A stretch of 64,000 nt of DNA from Verrucomicrobiota bacterium (lineage in GTDB: Bacteria; Verrucomicrobiota; Verrucomicrobiia; Limisphaerales; UBA11358): contig JBEKKZ010000012.1 of assembly GCA_050010435.1 (NCBI GenBank), positions 7,690 to 71,689 of the forward strand, written 5' to 3'. Positions 1-7,910 of the stretch are shown piece after piece (position 1 is the first letter of the stretch; every line of letters begins with the position of its first letter). The notes beneath the pieces are model-generated. The model worked only from the letters and a program-made list of their open reading frames with translations, was not told the origin of the DNA and did no database searches. Made by a program: the position numbers and the translations under genes.

Positions 1-574
1 ATACCGCGTGGGTTTGAATAAATTTTGCGCCGGCTTCGATTTTTATGCCGAGCCGGAACAGGTTGAAATCCATCGGTCTCAGGAACGGATTCGCCACCGC
101 CCCGACCAGCATCGAAAATTGCCCGTCAAATTTTGTCCCGTCGGCCAGGACGCCGTTTTCGGACATCCGGGTGGCCAGATCGACGAATTGGGAGGAATCC
201 ACATCGAAAACGTTGGCGGATTCCGGACAGCCGATCAGCATCTGATGGTAGCCGGACATGCAAAGCAGATTCTTGATTCCCAGGCTGGCGGCGCCCAGCA
301 AATCGGACTGAAGGGCGATGCGGTTCCGGTCGCGGGTGACCATTTGAAGGATCGGTTCGGCGCCGAGTTTTATGGCCGCCACCGCCGCGGCCACCGATGA
401 GATGGCCACGCCATGTGAGTTGTCAGGAAAGTTGATGGCCGCCAGTTTGCCGTTGAGGAATTTCAAGGCCGTTTCGGTGGTGGCACCGGTCGCGGTGGCG
501 CCCGGCGCACACTCGGCGGTGACGATGAAATCTCCCGACTCAATTTTTTTTGCGAGTTTGCTGTCTGCTTTCAT
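1..574 (-). CDS. metF: Methylenetetrahydrofolate reductase (MetF-like), N-terminal 191 aa; C-terminus lies beyond the window edge
   Basis: My own minus-strand translation from the ATG at 574-572 gives MKADSKLAKKIESGDFIVTAECAPGA...QMVTRDRNRIALQSDLLGAASLGIKNLLCMSGY..., typical of the MTHFR family. The ORF is open to position 1 and is absent from the ORF track because it has no stop in the window. Confidence 0.8.
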   Translation of the reverse strand, partial: MKADSKLAKKIESGDFIVTAECAPGATATGATTETALKFLNGKLAAINFPDNSHGVAISSVAAAVAAIKLGAEPILQMVTRDRNRIALQSDLLGAASLGIKNLLCMSGYHQMLIGCPESANVFDVDSSQFVDLATRMSENGVLADGTKFDGQFSMLVGAVANPFLRPMDFNLFRLGIKIEAGAKFIQTHAV

Positions 575-1026
575 GCAACCGTGCTCTCCGGTTTGTTTAC
601 GGCGGCGCTGCGGGCGGGTGCTGGGGGCAGATTTCTCACCCGGTCAATGAACTGCCTGATTTCGCCAATGACCTGTCCGGCGCCCTGTTCCCCGCACTCA
701 AACACGGCCATCCGGCCGGCGGGCATGCCGATTTCTTCAAGCAGCGATTCGACGGCCTCGGCGCGTTTGTGCGCCCGCAGGTTGCCCTCGAAGTGGCGGC
801 ACTCGTTCTTTGGGCAGGTCACAATCGCCACGCCGTCCGCGCCGGTTTCAAACGCCTTGATCAAATAAGGAACATCCACCTTTCCGGAACAGGGCAGGCT
901 GATGGTCTTGATGGTGTCGCCCGCCAGGCCGTGGCCAAGGCCGGCAAACTGGCCGGCCGCCAGATTGTTGGAGCAATAAAAAACGTACGTTTTCAAAGCT
1001 CGTTGGTTCATAAAACGTATTTCCAT
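571..1026 (-). CDS. MvhD/FlpD-like hydrogenase iron-sulfur subunit D domain protein
   Basis: 151-aa ORF with LPCSGKVDVPYLIKAFETGADGVAIVTCPKNECRHFEGNLRAHKR, the MvhD/FlpD signature. Its TGA overlaps the metF ATG (ATGA at 571-574). Confidence 0.75.
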   Translation of the reverse strand: MEIRFMNQRALKTYVFYCSNNLAAGQFAGLGHGLAGDTIKTISLPCSGKVDVPYLIKAFETGADGVAIVTCPKNECRHFEGNLRAHKRAEAVESLLEEIGMPAGRMAVFECGEQGAGQVIGEIRQFIDRVRNLPPAPARSAAVNKPESTVA

Positions 1027-1467
1027 TCCTGGCTAAAAAATCAATTGACCAGGCCGACCCAGCCGGGTCACGGCGGGTCCGCGCTGCCGGCGCCGTTACC
1101 AACCGGCACATGCCGCACATCTTCCTGACCAAAGGTTAATTGGGAACCCAGGCGCGGGCTTGACTATTATTGCCATTTGTTTGCCATTTTTGGGGAAAAC
1201 GGTTTGGGCCGGCAAGGAGCCGGCCGGGTGACTTGGCGCAGGTTGTTGCCCGCTCGCGAGCGCGACCGCTCTGCCTGATAGACGCGACGGATTTGCCGTA
1301 ACCCCCGAATCGTCCCCCGTCCACCGTAGCTTTAGCGAAGGTGGATCGTCCTCGTTCTCGTTCTCGAAAACCTTAACGCAGAGACGCCGAGAACGCAGAG
1401 AGCCGCAGAGCTTTTACATTAACCACGGATGGACACGGATAAACACGGATAAGGGCGAGACGTGAAA

Positions 1468-1697
1468 GGTAGGGCTGCGCTGCCGCGCAGCCTGCTTTGA
1501 GTGATCAACCCGGTTTTGCAAAAGACAGACTCGCCACTGCGCCGGTTCCAGCCTGCCCTCCCTGTCCAAATCGGGACCGGATAACCTCCAAAGGAAAATT
1601 ATGAATCCATCCGCCAAACTCAGTGAACTGGTTGAAGCGCTCGAATTCGAGTCGGAAGAGTCGGCCACACGGCGCGCAGGGGACTGCGCGCCCTACC
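1468..1697. repeat. MITE/REP-like element bounded by GGTAGGGC...GCCCTACC, long copy (230 bp)
   Basis: AAAGGTAGGGC plus hairpin GGCTGCGC-tgcc-GCGCAGCC at 1465-1492. Hairpin GGCGCGCAG-ggga-CTGCGCGCC plus CCTACCTTT at 1671-1700. The same termini occur at 2479-2554 and 39466-39554. Confidence 0.7.
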
Positions 1698-1745
1698 TTT
1701 CGTATCATTTCGTGTGTTTCGGGTTGAGAAAACATCGAACCGGGT

Positions 1746-2438
1746 TTAAATCACCAGCTTGTACCCGACGCTGTGAATGGTCAGGAGATGCTTCGGTTCG
1801 CTGCCGTTGTCGCCGAGCTTTTTCCGGAGTTGCACGATCACCTGGTCCAGCGTCCGCGTCGTGCCGTAATAATTGTAGCCCCAGACTTCGTTCAACAACT
1901 TGTCGCGCGACAACACCTCACCCGCGTGGACATGAAACACCTGCAACAGCTTCAATTCCTTCGCCGTCAACTCCTCGGTCGTCTTGCCGCGTTTGAGCTG
2001 AAAAGTCTTCGGGTCAATCGTCGCCGGGCCGATCTGGAAAACGCTGTCGGATGCGGTTTTGTCACCAGCTTTGCCGGTCCGGCGGAGCAACGCCTGGATG
2101 CGCGCCAGCAGTTCGCGCACACCGAAGGGTTTGGTCACGTAATCGTCCGCGCCGAGGTCGAGGCCGATGACCTTGTCTATCTCCTGTCCCTTGGCCGTGA
2201 GCATGAGGATGGGCGCGGCAAATTTTTTAGCGCGCAGTTGCTTGCAGATGTCGTAGCCGCTCAAGCCCGGCAACATCACGTCCAGCACAATGAGCGCCGG
2301 ATGATGTTTCGCCACGGCATCGAGCGCCTGGTCGCCGCGATTGCACGACGCCACGTCGTAGCCCTCGCTTTTCAAAACTTCCTCCAGTCCCAGCAGGATG
2401 TGCGGGTCGTCCTCAACGATGAGAATTTTCGTTTTCAT
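1746..2438 (-). CDS. OmpR-family response regulator (receiver + winged-helix)
   Basis: MKTKILIVEDDPHILLGLEEVL...LDVMLPGLSGYDIC...LTAKGQEIDKV...DDYVTKPF...TIHSVGYKL. Start set at the ATG at 2438 (the track starts 4 codons upstream). Confidence 0.9.
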   Translation of the reverse strand: MKTKILIVEDDPHILLGLEEVLKSEGYDVASCNRGDQALDAVAKHHPALIVLDVMLPGLSGYDICKQLRAKKFAAPILMLTAKGQEIDKVIGLDLGADDYVTKPFGVRELLARIQALLRRTGKAGDKTASDSVFQIGPATIDPKTFQLKRGKTTEELTAKELKLLQVFHVHAGEVLSRDKLLNEVWGYNYYGTTRTLDQVIVQLRKKLGDNGSEPKHLLTIHSVGYKLVI

Positions 2439-2444
2439 GAAATC

Positions 2445-2598
2445 AACCACGGAGGAACACGGATGGACACGGATAAAAGGTAGGGCGGGCAGTCCTCTGC
2501 CCGCCGAACTCGCAAATGCGAATGGCGGCGCGCACGGAGTGACGCGCCCTACCTGAAGCCTCTGAAAAATCCGTGTTCATCCGTGTTTATCTGTGGTT
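2445..2598. repeat. Nested palindromic repeat filling the HK-RR intercistronic space
   Basis: The outer arms are AACCACGGAGGAACACGGATGGACACGGATAAAA (2445-2477) and its near reverse complement (2566-2598). These enclose a GGTAGGGC...GCCCTACC element (2479-2554). A related CACGGAT triplet lies at 1421-1453. Confidence 0.8.
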
Positions 2599-4604
2599 TC
2601 AATGGGTTTCAACGGCAACCGCAAAATGAAACAGCTTCCGCCGCCGGCGCGCGGTTCATAGACCACGTCGCCGCCGTGGGCGCGCGCGATCTGCCGGGCA
2701 ATGGTCAGCCCCAGGCCCGAGCCTTGCACGCCGCTGCTCAATGAATCATGCGCCCGGTAGAATTTCTCGAAGACTTTCTCCTCGCTGCCGCGCGGCACAC
2801 CGGAGCCGCGGTCGAGCACCTTCACCTCCGCGTGCGGCAACGGCGATTCACGACGTCCCAACTCCAGTGTGATTTCCTTTCCCCCGTTCGAGTATTTTTC
2901 GGCGTTCGACAGCAGATTAACGATGATTTGGGACAATGCATCGGCGTCGCCACGCACAGGCACGGCCGTATCCGGCAGCACGCAATCGAACTTGAATCCA
3001 CCGGCCTCCAGATGCGGACGGAACGTTTGGGCGGCGGCGCGAACGACTTCGACCAGATCGCACGGCTGGAAGTTGTATTTTTTTTCGCCGCGTTCCATGC
3101 GCGAGAAATCGAGGACGTTGTTAATGAGCCGGGTGAGGCGCGCGGCTTCGGCGGTGATGATGTCCAGATAGGAACGCTGCTTGGCCGGGTCGGCCACGCG
3201 GCCGTCGGCGAGCAACTCGGAGAACATGCGGATGGACGTGAGCGGGGTCTTCAATTCGTGCGAGACGTTGCCGACGAAATCGGTTTTTTGCCGCGCCAGT
3301 TTCAGTTCGGAATTCAGGCTGCGGACGATGAGCCAGCTGCCGACGCCGATGGCGAGGACCAGCACAGCGATGAGGAGGCCGAGCGTGAGTTTGGCAGTGT
3401 TCGCTGTTTGAGCGAGCCGGGCGGGATTGACGAGATACGCGGCCACCTCCCAATGCGGCAGCGCGTCACCGATTTCGGTGGCGACCAGCGGCCGCTTCCA
3501 GTTCGCCGAAAAACCGGCCGATGACAAGGCGACGGGTTTGGCGTTGTCGTCAAGGACCGTGATGCAGATTTCATCGCGCAATTCCGGGCCGGCCTGCACC
3601 AAACCGCGCAGGCCGTCCACGACCCGGTCCAGGTTCAGTTGCGCGCCGAAGATCAAATCGGGTTCGGTGCTGAGCCGGTGCCAGAACATGAGCCGGAGTT
3701 TGTTCTGGAGGAACCGCGCGAGCATCCCATCTGTGCCGTTACCGATGAGCTGGCCGAACTCCGCCTCGGCGGGAACCACCTTGGACAGATTGTTTTGCTG
3801 TTCCTCAACGGGGGTTTGAACCTTGTCGGCCAGTTGGTAAAAACTGCTTTGCGGGCTGACTTTGCGGGTTTGTGCCGCCTTGTAATTGAGGGATTGACCC
3901 TGTGCCTGGCCGGCGGCGCCCAGTTGGCTGGAAGAGCTGCCAGCCTCGTCTTTCTGCCGTTGTGGCGGTTGGGCGGCGAGACTGGGCGCAGCTGCCGGGC
4001 TGGCAAACGCAACTTGCTCCTGCGGCGTCTGGGCGACAGAACCGGCCGTCGCCAGCGTTGGCGGCGCCGGTTTTTGGCCGGCACCGCCGCCGGACAAACT
4101 GCCGACCGAGGCCGGCCGGTTGGCCGCACTACGGTCGAAGCTCAAAGCCCCGTTGTTGTCCAGATTGTTAAATCCGGCGTTGACGCTTTGATAAACTTCG
4201 ACTGCCTCGCGATTGCCGAGGAAGCCGCCGTTGTCCGTGTAGAACGTCCGCGCCTCGCCGCGCGCGTTGGGCGCAGGCGACAATATCTGGCCCGACAACG
4301 TGACGCAAAAACCGACGTCGGCCAGCGGCCAGCGTTGGCGCAGTTCGCTGTCAAACCGGACGGCCACCGTACGCGCGTCCCGGCCGGCCAGCAGGCTTTC
4401 GACCTGCGCGCTGAATTCCTGCTGCCGTTGGGCGAGATAATCGGAAATGTTCTGCGCGAGCGTGTCGGTCACGTGCTGGCAGAGCAGCGATTGCTGGCGC
4501 TCGAGCAGGAACTGCTGGTCGCGCAGCGAGCGCACAGCCAGCCACGCGAGCACGAGGCTCGGCAGCAGGACGGCCAGCACGAAAACCAGCGCGACTTTTT
4601 TCAT
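2577..4604 (-). CDS. Sensor histidine kinase (signal anchor, long periplasmic/linker region, HisKA + HATPase_c)
   Basis: N-terminal MKKVALVFVLAVLLPSLVLAWL. H-box FVGNVSHELKTPLTSI. N/G boxes LLSNAEKYS, DRGSGVP, GSGLGLTIAR. Confidence 0.9.
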   Translation of the reverse strand: MKKVALVFVLAVLLPSLVLAWLAVRSLRDQQFLLERQQSLLCQHVTDTLAQNISDYLAQRQQEFSAQVESLLAGRDARTVAVRFDSELRQRWPLADVGFCVTLSGQILSPAPNARGEARTFYTDNGGFLGNREAVEVYQSVNAGFNNLDNNGALSFDRSAANRPASVGSLSGGGAGQKPAPPTLATAGSVAQTPQEQVAFASPAAAPSLAAQPPQRQKDEAGSSSSQLGAAGQAQGQSLNYKAAQTRKVSPQSSFYQLADKVQTPVEEQQNNLSKVVPAEAEFGQLIGNGTDGMLARFLQNKLRLMFWHRLSTEPDLIFGAQLNLDRVVDGLRGLVQAGPELRDEICITVLDDNAKPVALSSAGFSANWKRPLVATEIGDALPHWEVAAYLVNPARLAQTANTAKLTLGLLIAVLVLAIGVGSWLIVRSLNSELKLARQKTDFVGNVSHELKTPLTSIRMFSELLADGRVADPAKQRSYLDIITAEAARLTRLINNVLDFSRMERGEKKYNFQPCDLVEVVRAAAQTFRPHLEAGGFKFDCVLPDTAVPVRGDADALSQIIVNLLSNAEKYSNGGKEITLELGRRESPLPHAEVKVLDRGSGVPRGSEEKVFEKFYRAHDSLSSGVQGSGLGLTIARQIARAHGGDVVYEPRAGGGSCFILRLPLKPIETTDKHG

Positions 4605-4676
4605 GGGTTTCCTTCGGGAAATATCCCAACTCCGCGTTCATAACCAAGCTCATTCTGGCCTGCCAACGCCACCCCT

Positions 4677-4785
4677 CCTGGGAGCGCCGGCGTCCCGCCG
4701 GCCACGCTGACAACGGACTGATCCAACTTGCCGGCGAGACGCCTTCCGTCGCCAAGGCTATGGAGGGCACGCCGGTGCTCCCAGG
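4677..4785. repeat. Palindromic REP-like element (GCGCCGGCGTCCCGCC family)
   Basis: CCTGGGAGCGCCGGCGT (4677-4693) pairs with ACGCCGGTGCTCCCAGG (4769-4785). It shares the AGCGCCGGCGTCCCGCC core with 9146-9254. Confidence 0.65.
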
Positions 4786-4805
4786 CTCCACCGCCTTTGG
4801 CCGTT

Positions 4806-5549
4806 TCACTCGATCAAAAACGACACATTGACGGTTGCGGACACGCTGATCTCGCCGACGGAGAACGTTTCCGCGGCGGTGTCCGCGCCGGCCACATCCG
4901 ACAAGGCGCCGAGATTTTGAATGTTATTCTGGCCGTTGAATCCTCCCCATTGCGCCCCCCAACGGCCGCCATAACCGCCCCATCCGCCGCTCCAGTCGTT
5001 CACGTTGATGTTATAGACCTTCCCGCGTTTCACGCCCAGCGCCGAGGCCATGGCGTCGGCTTTTTCCTTCGCGGCTTTGATCGCCAGTTCGCGGGCCTGG
5101 TCGCGATACTGCCGCAACTGCGAGGTCCGGAAATCAATGCCATGAACGTAGTTCACGCCATTGGCCAGGAGGCCCGTCACGATGCCTTCGAAATTGGTGA
5201 TGGCGGTCACCCGGATTTCGATGGATTTCCGGACAATATAGGCCACCGGTTTGACATGGGACGAATTATAATTGTAGTCCGGTTCAACGCTGATGAAATC
5301 CGTTTGAACGTCCTTGTCCTTCACGCCGCCGTCCTTGAGAAAGGCGAGCGCGCGGGCAATCCGTTCGTCATTCTGCCGCCGGGCCACGTCGAGATTTTCA
5401 TCCCGCGTCTCCACCCCGACGCTGAGGTGGATTTCGTCCGGCGCCACCTTGACCTCGGCGGAACCGGACACGTTGATTTGCGGTTCGGCGAAGGCGGGCG
5501 CCAGCGGCAGCGCGATTAGTGCGATGGCAAGTATGAGTCGTGTTTTCAT
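4806..5549 (-). CDS. SIMPL/DUF541 family periplasmic protein
   Basis: Signal peptide MKTRLILAIALIALPLAPAFA. Body resembles the 26-kDa periplasmic immunogenic protein family. Gly/Trp-rich segment near the C-terminus. Start moved to the ATG at 5549. Confidence 0.75.
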   Translation of the reverse strand: MKTRLILAIALIALPLAPAFAEPQINVSGSAEVKVAPDEIHLSVGVETRDENLDVARRQNDERIARALAFLKDGGVKDKDVQTDFISVEPDYNYNSSHVKPVAYIVRKSIEIRVTAITNFEGIVTGLLANGVNYVHGIDFRTSQLRQYRDQARELAIKAAKEKADAMASALGVKRGKVYNINVNDWSGGWGGYGGRWGAQWGGFNGQNNIQNLGALSDVAGADTAAETFSVGEISVSATVNVSFLIE

Positions 5550-5608
5550 GATGTTTGGATGATGTGGTTTGTTGGTTGTGAGTTGATTTTTGGCATTGGT
5601 AACCGGGC

Positions 5609-6919
5609 TCATTTCGAATTGCGGGTGTTGTAGGATTGCGACTGCAGGGATTTGCGTGAAGCGCCATCGTATTGACCGTTCACGAGCTGGCCGCTGAAGT
5701 CGTCCAGGTTGTTGGTTTCCGCCCGGATTTGAACTTGAACCTCGGCTGGCGCGCTGGCGTATGCCATATTGAGCGCCCCTCCCGCAGCTCTGAGAGTTTG
5801 GGCAGCCTGCTGGTAATTTCCCGCATCCGCCTCGGCAATGGCCTTGTCCTTGGCCTCGGCGGCAAGCACCAGCACTTTTTCCGCATTAACGGCGGAATTG
5901 ATGGACCGGTCGGCGACTGTTTGTTCGTCCGTGTAACGGATTTTCACCACGCCGCTGGTGAATTGTTCGCTGCCGTTGTCGAGTTCGTCCGTGTAACTGA
6001 CCTTGACGCGCGCGACCTCGGGTTCGGGCCGGGTCACCAGGCAGCGCAGGAACAGATAACGGCCCTGTCCCAGCGTGAACTGGCTCAAATTCACCGACGC
6101 CTTCTGGTTTTCAAATTTCTCGCTGCGACCGATAAAGCCCATCGGCCTCACCCCGTCGGGGCAGGTGATTTCGATGCGGATTTCGCGGGCGGCGACCGTG
6201 AGCATTTCGCCCAGTTCCTTCGCGAAAATTTCCGGGAGTTTCTCCGTGTCCTGGACATAATAATAATTTGCATCACTGGCCTCTGCCAGGCCGGCCATCA
6301 AATCCTCGTTGTAATCGTCCCCGACGCCAATCGTGGTCACGGAAACGCCCGATTCAGCCAGTTCATGTCCCAGTCGGCGCAAGTCGCGGGTGGAACTGGG
6401 GCCGACATTCGCCAGCCCGTCGGAAAGCAGGATGACGCGATTGATGCGTTTGCTGGAAAAGTATTCCTGAATCTGGCGGGCGCCGGTTTTGACGCCGGCA
6501 TAGAGCGCCGTGCTGCCGCCGGCCTCGATGCTTTCAATTTTTTCCTTGAGCGCTTCCTTGTCTTCAACCTTCTGCGCCGGGACCAGTACCCGCGCTTCGT
6601 CACTGAAAATGACCAGGGAAAAAACATCGTTGGGCGCGAGACGATTCACCAGTTGCATGGCGGCCTGTTTCGTTTTCTCCAGTTTCGCGCCGGTCATCGA
6701 ACCGGACTTGTCCAAAACGACGGCCAGGTTGAGCGGGGTGCGCCGGTGCCGCTGCCGGTCGGCGATGGCGTTGAGGTCAATTTTCACGACAACCTCCTGC
6801 GGCGAGCCCTTCAACAGGACATCGCGGTCTGGAACCAGGTTCAGATGCAGGGTTTCTCCGGCGGACAGGTGGACGGCCAGACCCGTCGCCAGACCAAGGG
6901 CAAACAGTGTTTTATTCAT
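5609..6919 (-). CDS. Secreted von Willebrand factor type A (VWA) domain protein
   Basis: Signal peptide MNKTLFALGLATGLAVHLSAG. MIDAS motif in LNLAVVLDKSGSMTG. Also GGSTALYAG and VILLSDGLANVG. Confidence 0.85.
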   Translation of the reverse strand: MNKTLFALGLATGLAVHLSAGETLHLNLVPDRDVLLKGSPQEVVVKIDLNAIADRQRHRRTPLNLAVVLDKSGSMTGAKLEKTKQAAMQLVNRLAPNDVFSLVIFSDEARVLVPAQKVEDKEALKEKIESIEAGGSTALYAGVKTGARQIQEYFSSKRINRVILLSDGLANVGPSSTRDLRRLGHELAESGVSVTTIGVGDDYNEDLMAGLAEASDANYYYVQDTEKLPEIFAKELGEMLTVAAREIRIEITCPDGVRPMGFIGRSEKFENQKASVNLSQFTLGQGRYLFLRCLVTRPEPEVARVKVSYTDELDNGSEQFTSGVVKIRYTDEQTVADRSINSAVNAEKVLVLAAEAKDKAIAEADAGNYQQAAQTLRAAGGALNMAYASAPAEVQVQIRAETNNLDDFSGQLVNGQYDGASRKSLQSQSYNTRNSK

Positions 6920-7044
6920 GCCCTCACCCTGCCCGATTATTTCCGGAAGTTGTCATGGGCAGGTCAAAGGTTTGTAAAAAAACTGTAAGCCCAAACCGGC
7001 CAAAACGGTTTTGCATTTTTTCCATTTTCCATTACCCTCAGAGC

Positions 7045-7416
7045 ATGACGCAACCGCTCGCGCTCGTTTTCTACGAAAAATTGCTGCCGGGCAGCCAGTT
7101 GGTGAACCGGCTGCAAGACCTGAATTATCGCGTTCAGGCCGTCAACGACCTGTCGGCGCTCCTGCGCTGCGCGCAAACCGAAGGCCCGATGCTGGCGGTC
7201 ATGGACCTGGAATCGAGCCACGATGACGTTTGCCGCGCCATTGCCGCGTTGAAAGCGGATGCCGCCACCCAACACATTCCCATTATTGCGTTTGGCGGCG
7301 AACAGGCGGCGGAGTTGCAGGCCGCCGCGCAAAAAGCCGGCGCGACGCTTGTGGTCGGCGAGACCACCATCGCGAATTACCTGCCGCAGCTTTTGAACCA
7401 GGCGTTGCAGGTGTAG
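7045..7416 (+). CDS. Receiver-like (CheY-like) single-domain protein, possibly atypical
   Basis: MTQPLALVFYEKLLPG...MLAVMDLESS...IPIIAFGGE has a receiver-like alternation of beta-strands. The N-terminal acidic pair is replaced by YEK. Start chosen at the ATG at 7045. Confidence 0.5.
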   Translation: MTQPLALVFYEKLLPGSQLVNRLQDLNYRVQAVNDLSALLRCAQTEGPMLAVMDLESSHDDVCRAIAALKADAATQHIPIIAFGGEQAAELQAAAQKAGATLVVGETTIANYLPQLLNQALQV

Positions 7417-7480
7417 GCACACGGCGGGTGATGTTTGTAACCTGTGCGCAACCTGTTTGTAACCCGCCTGAAACTAGCGC

Positions 7481-7509
7481 TTGACTTTGACATAACGGGT
7501 AATTAGGAT
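7481..7509 (+). promoter_or_regulatory. Candidate sigma70-type promoter for csp (TTGACT-N17-TAGGAT)
   Basis: TTGACT at 7481-7486, a 17-nt spacer, TAGGAT at 7504-7509. This implies a 5' UTR of about 100 nt. Confidence 0.35.
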
Positions 7510-7552
7510 GGCCTCCTAATTGAGGCATGAGCGTTTTTGAAAAGTAATTTTG

Positions 7553-7583
7553 GCACGACTGAATTTCGGTCGTGTCTTTTTTG
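7553..7583 (+). promoter_or_regulatory. Terminator-like hairpin plus U-tract inside the csp 5' UTR
   Basis: CACGAC(tg) / (cg)GTCGTG stem (7554-7574), then TCTTTTTTG (7575-7583). It sits 36 nt upstream of the csp ATG. Confidence 0.45.
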
Positions 7584-7618
7584 CTTTGGGGCGGGCCTCG
7601 AAAAGTCAGGAGTTCATT

Positions 7619-7828
7619 ATGGCCAGTGGCAAAGTCAAGTGGTTCGACAACAAAAAGGGGTTTGGCTTTATCGCCCAAGATTCCGGGCAGGACGTTTTCG
7701 TGCATCACACGTCCATCACGGGTGCGGGATTCAAAACCTTGAATGAAGGAGACGAAGTTTCCTTCGACGTTGTCCCCAGCGACAAAGGGCTGAAAGCCCA
7801 AAATGTTCAGCGCGTGACTCCGGCGTAA
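7619..7828 (+). CDS. csp: Cold-shock protein (CspA family, CSD)
   Basis: [33 protein letters not shown] contains the RNP1/RNP2 motifs. AGGAG lies 7 nt upstream of the ATG at 7619. Confidence 0.95.
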   Translation: MASGKVKWFDNKKGFGFIAQDSGQDVFVHHTSITGAGFKTLNEGDEVSFDVVPSDKGLKAQNVQRVTPA

Positions 7829-7910
7829 CGCCGGCGTAACGCCCCAGCAGATCCCGCGAAGCGGGAGATTTTCGTTCGCCAGCCATGAACGAAGCAGATA
7901 TACTTGCTTC

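Noticed and set aside
1027-1330. Possible riboswitch (SAH, cobalamin, THF, SAM) upstream of the mvhD-metF operon
   Set aside because: I read the minus-strand leader for the conserved cores I remember (B12 box, SAH GAGGAGCGCUGC...AACGGCGCUCAC, S-box). Only an isolated AACGGCGCC was found, in the wrong order and context. An Rfam/Infernal scan would be the proper test.
1601-1996. ORF starting MNPSAKLSELVEALEFESEES
   Set aside because: The first ~22 codons look protein-like. The frame then runs straight into a REP hairpin (1671-1697) and into the antisense of the response-regulator gene. It is possibly a gene remnant inside the long GGTAGGGC element, but it is not supportable as a CDS.
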